Shown: positions 10,018 to 19,160, counted from the first letter of the stretch. The stretch: DNA of 64,000 nucleotides from Comamonadaceae bacterium (GCA_013297875.1 JAAFIW010000002.1:180627-244626), one strand, 5' to 3'. A program made the numbers and translations. Notes: generated from the sequence alone by a model not told the origin.

Positions 10018-10959
10018 TTGCGTTTGCTGCGGTTTTTGTTGGGTTGTGCGCTGGCGGCGGCGCTGCTGTGGTGGCTGCTGCGGGGTGTCGATACTTCGCT
10101 TTTCGCCCAGCAATTGCGCGCCCTCCCCATCTGGCTCTGGGTCGCTGCGCCGCTGGGTTTGTTTGCCAGCTACGGCTTGCGCGCCGCGCGGGTGCGCAGC
10201 GAGTTGGGCGCGGTGCAGCCTGTTCGGTGGCTGGATGCGCTGCAGGTAACCCTGATTCACAACGCCGCAGTGAACCTGATTCCGATGCGCGGTGGCGAAT
10301 TGGCCTACCCCTACCTGGTGCATAAAAAATTGGGCATCTCGCCCGCTGAATCGGTGGCCAGTTTGCTGTGGATGCGGCTACAAGACCTGTTGGTGCTCAC
10401 CACCCTGGGTTTGATGCTTTTTCTGCCACTAGCCCATATAAAACGTGCTGGGGCAGCTATTATTTTTATAGTGATTGCCGCCCTGTTGATCACCGGCTTG
10501 CGGCGCTATGCCAGCCTGCACGGTGCGCGCTGGCGCGCCAGCCGCACCGCATCGCCGGGCTGGCGTGGCCGCCTGCGCGGCTGGCTGCTGCCGGTGCTGG
10601 CTGCTTTGGCCGACGGTGCGCGCCACAGCTGGGCCAGCTGGTTGTATTGCATCGCCAACTGGTGCCTAAAGCTGCTGGTGATCGCCGCCATCCTGCAAGC
10701 GGCCGGTGCCTTGCCGCTGGGGGTAGGGCTGCAGGGCGCGCTGGGCGGCGAGCTGGCGGCGCTGCTGCCCATCCAGGGGCCGTCGGGCCTGGGCACGTAT
10801 GAGGCCGGGGTGTGGGCCGGGGTGGCGCTGGCCGAGTCGCCAGCAGCGTCTTTGCCGGTGGCGGCTTTGCTGGCGCACGGGTTTATTTTTGCCACGGCGG
10901 TGCTGGCCGGGGTGGTGGCGTGGTTGATGATGGTGTGGAGGGGTTCACGCCGAGCGTAG
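10018..10959 (+). CDS. Flippase-like/lysylphosphatidylglycerol-synthase-TM-region (UPF0104) family membrane protein
   Basis: 313-aa polytopic membrane protein with a TTG start. Call is from overall architecture, not a diagnostic motif. It contains an in-frame AT-rich patch at 10426-10478 (ctagcccatataaaacgtgctggggcagctattatttttatagtgattgcc). Confidence 0.5.
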   Translation: MRLLRFLLGCALAAALLWWLLRGVDTSLFAQQLRALPIWLWVAAPLGLFASYGLRAARVRSELGAVQPVRWLDALQVTLIHNAAVNLIPMRGGELAYPYLVHKKLGISPAESVASLLWMRLQDLLVLTTLGLMLFLPLAHIKRAGAAIIFIVIAALLITGLRRYASLHGARWRASRTASPGWRGRLRGWLLPVLAALADGARHSWASWLYCIANWCLKLLVIAAILQAAGALPLGVGLQGALGGELAALLPIQGPSGLGTYEAGVWAGVALAESPAASLPVAALLAHGFIFATAVLAGVVAWLMMVWRGSRRA

Positions 10960-11034
10960 ATGCTTCGAAATAGTTTAAACGCAAAATAAAATTATAATTT
11001 CTCACGTGATTCCAATCATGTAAGGAGCGTCTCT

Positions 11035-11295
11035 ATGTCCCAAGTCACCATCTACCTCCAACCCAGCACCCTGGAAGCGGCCAAATCTGCTGCAGCCAAG
11101 GCGCAGCTGTCGGTCAGCCAGTGGTTTGCGCAATTTGCGCTGGCTGAGGAGCGCAAAAGCAGCTGCAGCTGGAAAGCATTTCTGGATCAGCTTGACAGCA
11201 CGCATGGCCAGGCTTCAAAAGACGGGCTGGACTTTTTGCTGGGCACTGAGCGTTACGCCGATCTGGCACCGCAGCGCGAGCGGGAGTCGTTTTGA
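11035..11295 (+). CDS. vapB: Type II antitoxin (VapB-like)
   Basis: 86 aa, good Shine-Dalgarno, overlaps the downstream PIN gene by 4 nt. Confidence 0.65.
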   Translation: MSQVTIYLQPSTLEAAKSAAAKAQLSVSQWFAQFALAEERKSSCSWKAFLDQLDSTHGQASKDGLDFLLGTERYADLAPQRERESF

Positions 11296-11693
11296 AGTAT
11301 TTGCTGGATACCGACATCCTGATCTACATCAGCAAGCAGGCGGGCAACTGCCTGGCCCATCTGGAAAAGCTGCCCGACAGCAGCGTGGCGATCAGCAGTG
11401 TGAATGTATTTGAGCTCGAATACGGCATTGCCCGCTCCACCAGCCCCGCGCGAGCACAAGCTTTTCTGTTGGCGCTGCAAGCCCGGTTTGTGGTGCTGCC
11501 GTTTGACGTTGTTGCTGCCACCCACGCGGGCCGCATCAGGGCGCAATTGCGGCTGTCGGGTGACCCGATTGGTGCCTATGACTTGCAACACGCGGGCATT
11601 GCGCTGGCGAACGACTTGATATTCGTGACCCGTAACACGCGGGAATTTGCGCGTGTGCCGGGTCTGCGGCTGGAAAACTGGTTTGATGCGTAA
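11292..11693 (+). CDS. vapC: PIN-domain toxin VapC
   Basis: MKYLLDTDILIY...VFELEYG...FVTRNTREF gives the PIN acidic residues. Confidence 0.8.
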   Translation: MKYLLDTDILIYISKQAGNCLAHLEKLPDSSVAISSVNVFELEYGIARSTSPARAQAFLLALQARFVVLPFDVVAATHAGRIRAQLRLSGDPIGAYDLQHAGIALANDLIFVTRNTREFARVPGLRLENWFDA

Positions 11694-11817
11694 GGACGTG
11701 CTTGATGCGTAAGGACGTGCGCAAGCTGGCGTTAGCGCCTTCCCCCGGCAGGGGAAGGAGCAAAAGACAGGGGTCCGGCAATCGCAACACTGAATTCCGC
11801 GTAGTCACTACGAAATC

Positions 11818-11870
11818 AATAGCTGCTTGAGCAATATTCACATGGGCTACAGGCCAATTCGGCTTAAATC
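11818..11870. repeat. Dispersed repeat copy (AATAGCTGCTTGAGCAAT ... CATGGGCTACAGGCCAATTCGGCTTAAATC)
   Basis: Long form of the repeat family that is also seen at 18236, 29555, 45934, 46151, 52635 and elsewhere. Confidence 0.65.
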
Positions 11871-11897
11871 AACAGCCTAAAAAACCTAAAATCCGCC

Positions 11898-12938
11898 ATG
11901 ACTCAAGAACTCTCGACGACCATCACCCCTTCCGTATCGGGGGTGGCACCCCCACCCACCGTCTCGGTGGTGGTTCCCATGTACAACGAAGTGGCCAATG
12001 CCGTGCCGCTGATCGACGCCATCCAATCTGCCTTGGCCGCCGCACCCTGGCCCTGGGAGTTGATCGTGGTGGACGATGGCAGTGCCGATGGCACGGCAGA
12101 CGCCTTGCAGGCGCGCGCCGCGCAGCTGGGCTCGCACATCCGGGTGATCAGCCTGTGGCGCAACTTTCGTCAGACGGCGGCCATGCAGGCGGGCATTGAT
12201 GCAGCGCGTGGCGACGTGATCGTGACGCTGGATGGCGACCTGCAAAACGACCCCAAAGACATTCCCGCGCTGGTGGACAAATTGCTGCGCGAAGACCTGG
12301 ATCTGGTGGCTGGCTGGCGCGTGAACCGGCAAGACGGCTTGTGGCTGCGCAAGGTGCCCTCCAAAATTGCCAACCACCTGATCCGCAAGCTCACCGGCCT
12401 GCCGTTTCGTGACCTGGGTTGCAGTCTGAAGGTCTACCGCACCCGCGTGCTGCGCCAGGTGCGGCTGTTTGGCGAAATGCACCGCTTCATTCCGGCCTGG
12501 ATGGCGACCGTGACCTCGCCACGCCGCATGGCCGAAGCGCCGGTGAGCCACCATGCGCGCACGGCGGGTGTGTCCAAATACGGCTTGTCGCGCACCTTTC
12601 GGGTGATTGTGGATTTGCTGTCGGTGCACTTTTTCCTGAAATACAGCGCACGACCCGGGCACTTTTTTGGCGGGCTGGGGCTGGTCATCATGGCGCTGGG
12701 CATGGGCATCTTGAGCTACCTGGGCGTGCTGAAAATCATGGGTGAATCGGTGGTAGGCCGCCCCTTGTTTTTCTTTGGCTTTTTCTGCGTGGTCAGCGCC
12801 ATCCAGCTGCTCACCACGGGCGTGCTGGCCGAGTTGCTGATCCGCATTTATTTCACCCGCGAGCTGCCCGCCAAGCCTTACTACGCCGCGCCGGAGCTGA
12901 CGCCACAGGCCGATGCAGGCTGGCACAGGTCGTCATGA
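11898..12938 (+). CDS. Glycosyltransferase family 2 (ArnC/dolichol-phosphate-mannose-synthase-like)
   Basis: VSVVVPMYNE, VVDDGSADGT, DGDLQNDP and C-terminal TM helices. Confidence 0.8.
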   Translation: MTQELSTTITPSVSGVAPPPTVSVVVPMYNEVANAVPLIDAIQSALAAAPWPWELIVVDDGSADGTADALQARAAQLGSHIRVISLWRNFRQTAAMQAGIDAARGDVIVTLDGDLQNDPKDIPALVDKLLREDLDLVAGWRVNRQDGLWLRKVPSKIANHLIRKLTGLPFRDLGCSLKVYRTRVLRQVRLFGEMHRFIPAWMATVTSPRRMAEAPVSHHARTAGVSKYGLSRTFRVIVDLLSVHFFLKYSARPGHFFGGLGLVIMALGMGILSYLGVLKIMGESVVGRPLFFFGFFCVVSAIQLLTTGVLAELLIRIYFTRELPAKPYYAAPELTPQADAGWHRSS

Positions 12939-12961
12939 CCGGCTGGCCAAGCAAACAAGGC

Positions 12962-13046
12962 ACGTCATTCCCGCGCAGGCGGGAATCCAGGTTCGCGATG
13001 CCACTGCACGCAAGCGCTGGATTCCCGCCTGCGCGGGAATGACAGA
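12962..13046. repeat. dRS3-like inverted repeat pair (ATTCCC-N8-GGGAAT)
   Basis: gtcATTCCCGCGCAGGCGGGAATccag at 12967-12986 and ctggATTCCCGCCTGCGCGGGAATgac at 13021-13040, in inverted orientation. The ORF-track peptides containing RLRGND are translations of this repeat. Confidence 0.65.
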
Positions 13047-13049
13047 TCG

Positions 13050-14615
13050 TTGAAGGTTGGAGGGGTGGCACATTCAGTCAGCCGGGGCCTGGGTTGGCTG
13101 GTGTTCGCCGCCATCGCCGCGCTCACCGCCTGGCGTTTCTGGCTGATTGAGCACACCGGCATCTCGCTGTATGTCGACGAGGCTTATTACTGGGGCTGGG
13201 CGCAGCACCTGGCCTGGGGCTACTACTCCAAGCCGCCGCTGGTGGCCTGGTTGATTGCGGCCAGCACCGCGCTGTTTGGCAACGGCGTGCTGGGTGTGAA
13301 AGCGCTGGCGATGCTGCTATACCCGGCCACCGCGGGTGTGCTGTATCTGCTGGGCCGCGACCTGTTCAATGAACGATGTGGAAACGCGCTGGCGCAGCGC
13401 GTGGGCCTGGTGGCGGCGCTGCTGTTTGCCAGCTCGTTCATGGTGGGTTTGCTGGGCTTGTTTGTGTCAACCGACTCCCTGCTGGTGCTGTGCTGGGCGC
13501 TGGCGGCATGGTGCTGGTGGCGGGCGTTGCACAGCGATCGTCTGCTGTGGTGGGTGGCTTGCGGCGCGGCGCTGGGGCTGGGGCTTTTGTCCAAATACAC
13601 GATGGCGGCGTTTGCGGCCACGGCGCTGTATAGCCTGTGGGCGCATCGCTTGCCAGACGGTCGGCCGCTGTGGCGCACACCCGGCCCCTGGCTTGCCGCC
13701 GCCGTGGCGCTGGCGCTGTTTGCGCCGCACCTGGTGTGGAACTGGCACAACGGCATGCCCACCCTGCGCCATACGGCGGAGATCACCGCCACCGGCATTC
13801 GCAGCGGCGGCTGGGCGTCGGTGGGGGAGTTTTGGGTGGGGCAGTTGTTGATGCTGGGGCCTGTGCCCTTGCTGGTACTCGGTATCTGCTCCCTCCCCCG
13901 CTGGGGGAGGGCGGGGGTGGGGGCAAGCGCGCTACCACCTTCAGAAACCCCTCCCAAACCCAACCCCATCCCCTACCTCCTCGCCCTGGCCCTGCCGCTG
14001 CTGGCCGTCACCACCGCGCAATCGTTTCGCGCCCAGTCCAATCTGAACTGGGCAGCCCCGGCCTACGTCGCCATCAGCCTAGTGTTTGCCGCCTGGGCCT
14101 GCGGCGCATTGAACAAATCCCATCCGCGTTGGCTGGCTGCCACCCTGGCCGTGAATGCTTTGCTGGTGGCCACGGTGTGCCACGCCGCCGACATCGCCCG
14201 CCTGCTCGGCCAGCCGCTGCCGACGAATACCGACGCCTTTGTGCGCATGCGCGGCTGGCACGAGGCGCTGCAATCCCTCAAACCCATCGCGGCCCAGCAC
14301 ACCGGGCTGCCGGTGTTGGGCGTGGGCCGCACGCTGCTGGCCCAAACCACCTACGAGTGGCGCAGCCTGGGCACGCAGCCTGTGGCCTGGAACCCTGCAC
14401 AGCATGCCGACGACCAGTACCAGCTCACCACCGACCTGCAGAAATCGCTCGGACAAGACCTGCTGCTGGTCGTGCAAGGCCCGGTGCCGCCCGACCTGGC
14501 TCAGCGCTTTGCATCGGTGGACTTGCTGGGCCAGGTGACCGTGGGCACCGCACCCCGGCGGTACCTGACGATCACGCTGTGGCGGGCACGTGGGTTTAAA
14601 GGCTATGTGTTGTAA
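13050..14615 (+). CDS. Glycosyltransferase family 39 (ArnT/PMT-like undecaprenyl-phosphate-sugar transferase)
   Basis: 521-aa polytopic protein. LYVDEAYYWGWAQHLAWGYYSKPPL is the ArnT-family N-terminal signature. The annotated start is TTG and the true start may lie slightly downstream. Confidence 0.75.
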   Translation: MKVGGVAHSVSRGLGWLVFAAIAALTAWRFWLIEHTGISLYVDEAYYWGWAQHLAWGYYSKPPLVAWLIAASTALFGNGVLGVKALAMLLYPATAGVLYLLGRDLFNERCGNALAQRVGLVAALLFASSFMVGLLGLFVSTDSLLVLCWALAAWCWWRALHSDRLLWWVACGAALGLGLLSKYTMAAFAATALYSLWAHRLPDGRPLWRTPGPWLAAAVALALFAPHLVWNWHNGMPTLRHTAEITATGIRSGGWASVGEFWVGQLLMLGPVPLLVLGICSLPRWGRAGVGASALPPSETPPKPNPIPYLLALALPLLAVTTAQSFRAQSNLNWAAPAYVAISLVFAAWACGALNKSHPRWLAATLAVNALLVATVCHAADIARLLGQPLPTNTDAFVRMRGWHEALQSLKPIAAQHTGLPVLGVGRTLLAQTTYEWRSLGTQPVAWNPAQHADDQYQLTTDLQKSLGQDLLLVVQGPVPPDLAQRFASVDLLGQVTVGTAPRRYLTITLWRARGFKGYVL

Positions 14616-14658
14616 GCCCCTTTTTTGAACAAATTGGCTTAACGTGCAGTATCCACAG

Positions 14659-14689
14659 GCTCAAGCAGCTATGTTTTGTATAGCAAACC
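14659..14689. repeat. Dispersed repeat copy (reverse orientation, AT-rich tail)
   Basis: gctcaagcagctatgttttgtatagcaaacc. Confidence 0.55.
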
Positions 14690-14743
14690 GTGCGTGAGAA
14701 AATCCACACATCTTTCAGATCGAAAACACAAGGACTTCTCCCC

Positions 14744-15848
14744 ATGGACGCAGAACACATCAACCAGATCGGCACCACCCTTAGCTCCTTGAGCGTGCGC
14801 ACCGAAGACCTCCGGAGGTATCTTTGACTACGATGCCAAAGCCGAGCGCCTGCGCACCGTCAACGCCAGCCTGGAAGACCCCACCGTCTGGAACGACCCC
14901 AAGCGCGCGCAAGAACTAGGCAAGGAGAAAAAGGCGCTGGATGGCGTGGTGGGCGTGCTGGATACGCTGACCAGCGAACTGTCGGACAACACCGAGCTGT
15001 ACGACATGAGCAAAGCCGACGGCGATGAAGACGGCCTGCAGACCATTGAAGCCGAGAGCGCCAAGCTGATTGCCCAGGTCGAGCAGCTGGAATTCCGCCG
15101 CATGTTCAACAACCCGGCCGACCCGCTGAACGCTTTCCTGGACATTCAGGCCGGCGCAGGCGGCACCGAGGCCTGCGACTGGGCCAGCATGCTGCTGCGT
15201 CAATACCTGCGCTACGCCGAGCGCAAGGGCTTTAAAACCCAGGTTGAAGACGAGTCACCCGGCGACACCGCAGGCATCAAGGGCGCGACCATCAAGATCG
15301 AAGGCGAATACGCCTTTGGCCTGCTGCGCACCGAGACTGGCGTGCACCGCCTGGTGCGCAAAAGCCCGTTTGATTCCGCCGGTGGCCGCCACACCAGCTT
15401 TGCCAGCGTGTTTGTCTACCCCGAGATTGATGATTCGATCGAGATCGACATCAACCCGTCCGACGTGCGCACCGACACCTTCCGCGCCAGCGGCGCAGGC
15501 GGCCAGCACATCAACAAAACCGACTCCGCCGTGCGCCTGACCCACATCCCCACCGGCATCGTGGTGCAGTGCCAGGATGGACGCAGCCAGCACAGCAACC
15601 GCGACGTGGCCTGGAAGCGCCTGCGCTCGCGCTTGTATGACTTTGAATTGCGCAAGCAGCAGGAAGTCCAGCAGAAACTGGAAGACACCAAGACAGACGT
15701 CGGCTGGGGCCATCAGATTCGCAGCTACGTGCTGGACCAAAGCCGCATCAAAGACCTGCGCACGAATCATGAAACCTCGGCTACGCAAAAGGTGCTGGAT
15801 GGGGATCTGGATCCGTTTATTGAGGCTTCGCTGAAGCAGGGCGTGTGA
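14744..15848 (+). CDS. prfB: Peptide chain release factor 2 with programmed +1 ribosomal frameshift. Coding is 14744..14824 joined to 14826..15848.
   Basis: Frame 0 gives [27 protein letters not shown] and then an in-frame TGA at 14825-14827. The sequence cggAGGtat CTT TGA C is the canonical RF2 shift site, with an internal Shine-Dalgarno-like AGG. The +1 frame continues [15 protein letters not shown]...[10 protein letters not shown]... through the [16 protein letters not shown] (GGQ) motif to the stop at 15848. Confidence 0.85.
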
Positions 15849-15929
15849 TGCTGCAGTCCACACGAGAAATTTGAATTACTTTGACGATTGCCTAAGCGCT
15901 ATCCTTGATGGTTTTTAAAGGGAAATCAA

Positions 15930-16412
15930 ATGAATCTAATGGATTGTTTTGGCTATCTAGGACTCCCATCTACTGATTCGGCAGTTAAAGGCTTATTACA
16001 AGATTCAGGCTGCAAAAAAGAACCAAAATGCAAAAGAGATGAGCCCAATTTTTATTTCACCAGCAAAGAGCATTTGGTTGAGTTAATTTTCGAAGATGAA
16101 GATCATCTAAAAAATGATGACTCAAAAGATGTTTATGGCATCGCACCTTTAATTTTGGTGGCCATCAACCTACCAATGCAAAGCACTCTAAAGTCTTACC
16201 CCAATAGCTTCATTACCTTGCCTAAAGGAATTGATTTTGGAATCAATCGAGAAAAGGTTCTGGAAATTATAGGCAAAGCATCAAAGACTTTTGAATCAGG
16301 CAGTAAGGTACGCAATGACCAATGGATACACAGCTTAGGGCGTATCGTGATTACATATAACCCTGATTCGGTCATTAAGAGTATTCAAATAGTCTCTTCT
16401 AAGTACGATTGA
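15930..16412 (+). CDS. Hypothetical protein, markedly low-GC orphan gene between prfB and pepN
   Basis: 160 aa (MNLMDCFGYLGLPSTDSAVKGLLQDSGCKKEPK...) with AT-rich codon usage unlike its neighbours. Clean ATG and stop, no recognisable motif. Confidence 0.5.
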   Translation: MNLMDCFGYLGLPSTDSAVKGLLQDSGCKKEPKCKRDEPNFYFTSKEHLVELIFEDEDHLKNDDSKDVYGIAPLILVAINLPMQSTLKSYPNSFITLPKGIDFGINREKVLEIIGKASKTFESGSKVRNDQWIHSLGRIVITYNPDSVIKSIQIVSSKYD

Positions 16413-16460
16413 CGAGATTCAAGCGCCCCACATTAATCCAAGACCATTTGAAAGACACCC

Positions 16461-19160
16461 ATGCTCCGTGAAGGCCAATCCCCCGTCGTGCTGCGTGCCG
16501 ACTATCAACCCCCTGCGTGGTGGATCGACACCGTCGATCTCACGTTTGATCTAGACCCCGCCAAAACCCGCGTGCTCAACCGCATGCGGATTCGTCGCAA
16601 CCCGGACATGCCAGCCCAGGCGCTGAAGCTCGATGGTGATGAGCTGAACCTGGCGCGCGTGATGGTCAATGGCGCGGGGACCTCGTTCAAGATGGAAGGC
16701 AGCCAGCTGGTGCTAGAGAATCTGCCGGAGGGCCATGAGCCGGTGGATCTGGAAATTTTCACCACCTGCAACCCGGTCAAAAACACCAAGCTGATGGGTT
16801 TGTATGTCAGCAACGACTCGTTTTTTACGCAGTGCGAGGCCGAGGGTTTCCGGCGCATCACCTACTTTTTAGACCGGCCGGATGTGATGGCCAGCTTCAC
16901 CGTGACCTTGCGGGCGGACAAAAAGGCCTACCCGGTGCTGCTGTCCAACGGCAACCTGGAAAGCGCGGGCGAATTGGACGATGGCAGGCACTTTGCCAAG
17001 TGGGTAGACCCGCACAAAAAGCCCAGCTACCTGTTTGCGCTGGTGGCCGGCAACCTGGTGTGCCGCGAGCAGCGCATTCGCTCGCGGGCGGGCAAAGACC
17101 ATTTGCTGCAGGTGTTTGTGCGCGCGGGTGACCTGGACAAGACCGAGCACGCGATGAACTCGCTGATGGCCAGCGTGGCCTGGGACGAGGCGCGCTTTGG
17201 GCTGCCGCTGGACCTGGAGCGCTTCATGATCGTGGCGACCAGCGACTTCAACATGGGCGCAATGGAAAACAAGGGCCTGAACATCTTCAACACCAAGTTT
17301 GTGCTGGCCAGCCAGGCCACGGCGACAGACGCTGACTTTTCCAATATTGAAAGCGTGGTGGGCCACGAATACTTTCACAACTGGACCGGCAACCGCGTGA
17401 CCTGCCGCGACTGGTTTCAGCTGTCGCTCAAAGAAGGCTTGACGGTGTTCCGCGACCAGGAATTCAGCCAGGATTTGTGTGCCGAAGCGTCGGCCCGCGC
17501 CGTCAAACGCATTGAAGACGTGCGCGTGCTGCGCACCGCCCAGTTCCCCGAAGACGCGGGCCCAATGTCGCACCCCGTGCGGCCCGACCAGTATGTGGAG
17601 ATCAACAATTTCTACACCGTGACGGTGTACGAAAAAGGCGCAGAAGTCGTGCGCATGATGCAGACGCTGGTGGGAACTGACGACGACCCTTTGGGTCGGG
17701 CAGGTTTCGCCAAAGGCATGACGCTGTACTTTGAGCGCCACGACGGCCAGGCCGTGACCTGCGACGACTTTGCCCAGGCCATTGCCGACGCCAACCCCAG
17801 CTCGCAACTGGCCCAGCTGCTGCCCCAGTTCAAGCGCTGGTACAGCCAGGCCGGCACGCCGCGCGTGCAGGCCACGGGCGTGTACGACGCGGTGGCGCAG
17901 ACCTACGCGCTCACGCTGGCGCAAAGCTGTCCTGCGACCGCCGGCCAGGCGGACAAGCAGCCGTTTGTCATCCCCATCGCACTCGGTTTGGTCGGCACAG
18001 CCGGCCAGGAACTCACCGCTGCATGCACCCATGTGCTCACCCAAGCCACAGAAACCTTGAACTTTGACGGCATCAGCCAAGAGCCCGTGCCCTCGTTGCT
18101 GCGCGGATTCAGCGCCCCGGTGATCCTGGCGCTGGACTACACCGACGCACAGCTGCTGACCCTGCTGGCGCATGACACCGATGCCTTCAACCGCTGGGAA
18201 GCCGGCCAGCGTTTGGCCCTTCGTATGGCTTGCAGCGCTATTAATTCAATAGCTGCTTCAGCAAGTAATACATGGGCGGATGGCACTTTTTCCTTGAATT
18301 CCGGGTTTGTGGAGGCCATGCGCGCCGTTTTGCGCCACCCCACGCTGGACGCCGCCTTCAAAGAGCTGGTGCTCACCCTGCCGTCTGAAACCTATATCGC
18401 CGAGCAGCTGGACGTGGTCGACCCGCAGCGCATCCACGCCGTGCGCGAGGCCATGCGCGAGCAGTTGGCTGTGGCGCTGCAGGCCGACTGGCAGTGGGCC
18501 TACGAGCAGCATGCGAACACCGGTGCCTATGTGCCCGACGCCACCTCGTCGGGCCGCCGCGCGCTGGCCGGCATGGCGCTGTCGCAGCTGTGCCTGGTAG
18601 CCCGCAGCACGGGTGATGCGGTGTGGCCCGGCAAAACCTACCAGCGCTTCAAAGACGCCGGCAACATGACCGACCGCTTCAACGCGCTGACCGCCCTGGT
18701 TTCCAGCGGCCACGCGCTGGCGGCACCGGCGCTGGCCCGCTTTCACGAGCTGTTCAAAGACGAGCCGTTGGTACTGGACAAGTGGTTCGCCCTGCAAGCC
18801 GGTGCCAGCGACCGCGCGGGCCACGTGCTGCCCGCCGTCAAACAACTGCTCAAGCACCCCGACTTCAACATCAAAAACCCCAACCGCGCCCGCAGCCTGA
18901 TCTTCAGCTACTGTAGCGGCAACCCCGGCGGCTTTCACCGTGCCGATGCCGCAGGCTATGTGTTCTGGAGCGAGCGCGTGATTGAACTCGACGCCTTCAA
19001 CCCCCAGGTGGCCGCCCGCCTGGCGCGCGCGCTGGATCGGTGGAAGAAGCTGGCTGAGCCGTATCGCAGCGCGGCGCGTGAAGCCATTGCGCGGGTGGCG
19101 GCGAAGACCGATTTGAGCAACGATGTGCGCGAAGTCGTCTCGCGTGCGCTTGCCGAATGA
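16461..19160 (+). CDS. pepN: Aminopeptidase N
   Basis: GAMENKGLNIFN, the HEYFHNWTGNRVTCRDWFQLSLKEGLTVFRDQEF (HEXXH...E) zinc site and full M1 architecture. Confidence 0.9.
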   Translation: MLREGQSPVVLRADYQPPAWWIDTVDLTFDLDPAKTRVLNRMRIRRNPDMPAQALKLDGDELNLARVMVNGAGTSFKMEGSQLVLENLPEGHEPVDLEIFTTCNPVKNTKLMGLYVSNDSFFTQCEAEGFRRITYFLDRPDVMASFTVTLRADKKAYPVLLSNGNLESAGELDDGRHFAKWVDPHKKPSYLFALVAGNLVCREQRIRSRAGKDHLLQVFVRAGDLDKTEHAMNSLMASVAWDEARFGLPLDLERFMIVATSDFNMGAMENKGLNIFNTKFVLASQATATDADFSNIESVVGHEYFHNWTGNRVTCRDWFQLSLKEGLTVFRDQEFSQDLCAEASARAVKRIEDVRVLRTAQFPEDAGPMSHPVRPDQYVEINNFYTVTVYEKGAEVVRMMQTLVGTDDDPLGRAGFAKGMTLYFERHDGQAVTCDDFAQAIADANPSSQLAQLLPQFKRWYSQAGTPRVQATGVYDAVAQTYALTLAQSCPATAGQADKQPFVIPIALGLVGTAGQELTAACTHVLTQATETLNFDGISQEPVPSLLRGFSAPVILALDYTDAQLLTLLAHDTDAFNRWEAGQRLALRMACSAINSIAASASNTWADGTFSLNSGFVEAMRAVLRHPTLDAAFKELVLTLPSETYIAEQLDVVDPQRIHAVREAMREQLAVALQADWQWAYEQHANTGAYVPDATSSGRRALAGMALSQLCLVARSTGDAVWPGKTYQRFKDAGNMTDRFNALTALVSSGHALAAPALARFHELFKDEPLVLDKWFALQAGASDRAGHVLPAVKQLLKHPDFNIKNPNRARSLIFSYCSGNPGGFHRADAAGYVFWSERVIELDAFNPQVAARLARALDRWKKLAEPYRSAAREAIARVAAKTDLSNDVREVVSRALAE
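18236..18303. repeat. Dispersed repeat copy inserted in-frame inside pepN
   Basis: gcgctattaattcaatagctgcttcagcaagtaatacatgggcggatggcactttttccttgaattccggg is translated as ...ACSAINSIAASASNTWADGTFSLNSGF... inside the 899-aa PepN. Confidence 0.6.

Noticed and set aside
12853-13071. Small ORFs encoding ..SRLRGNDV.. / ..DSRLRGNDG.. / ..DPRLRGDDN.. (12853-13071 -, 18258-19256 - N-terminus, 51006-51425 -)
   Set aside because: These are frame translations of the dRS3-like ATTCCC-N8-GGGAAT repeats, not genes.
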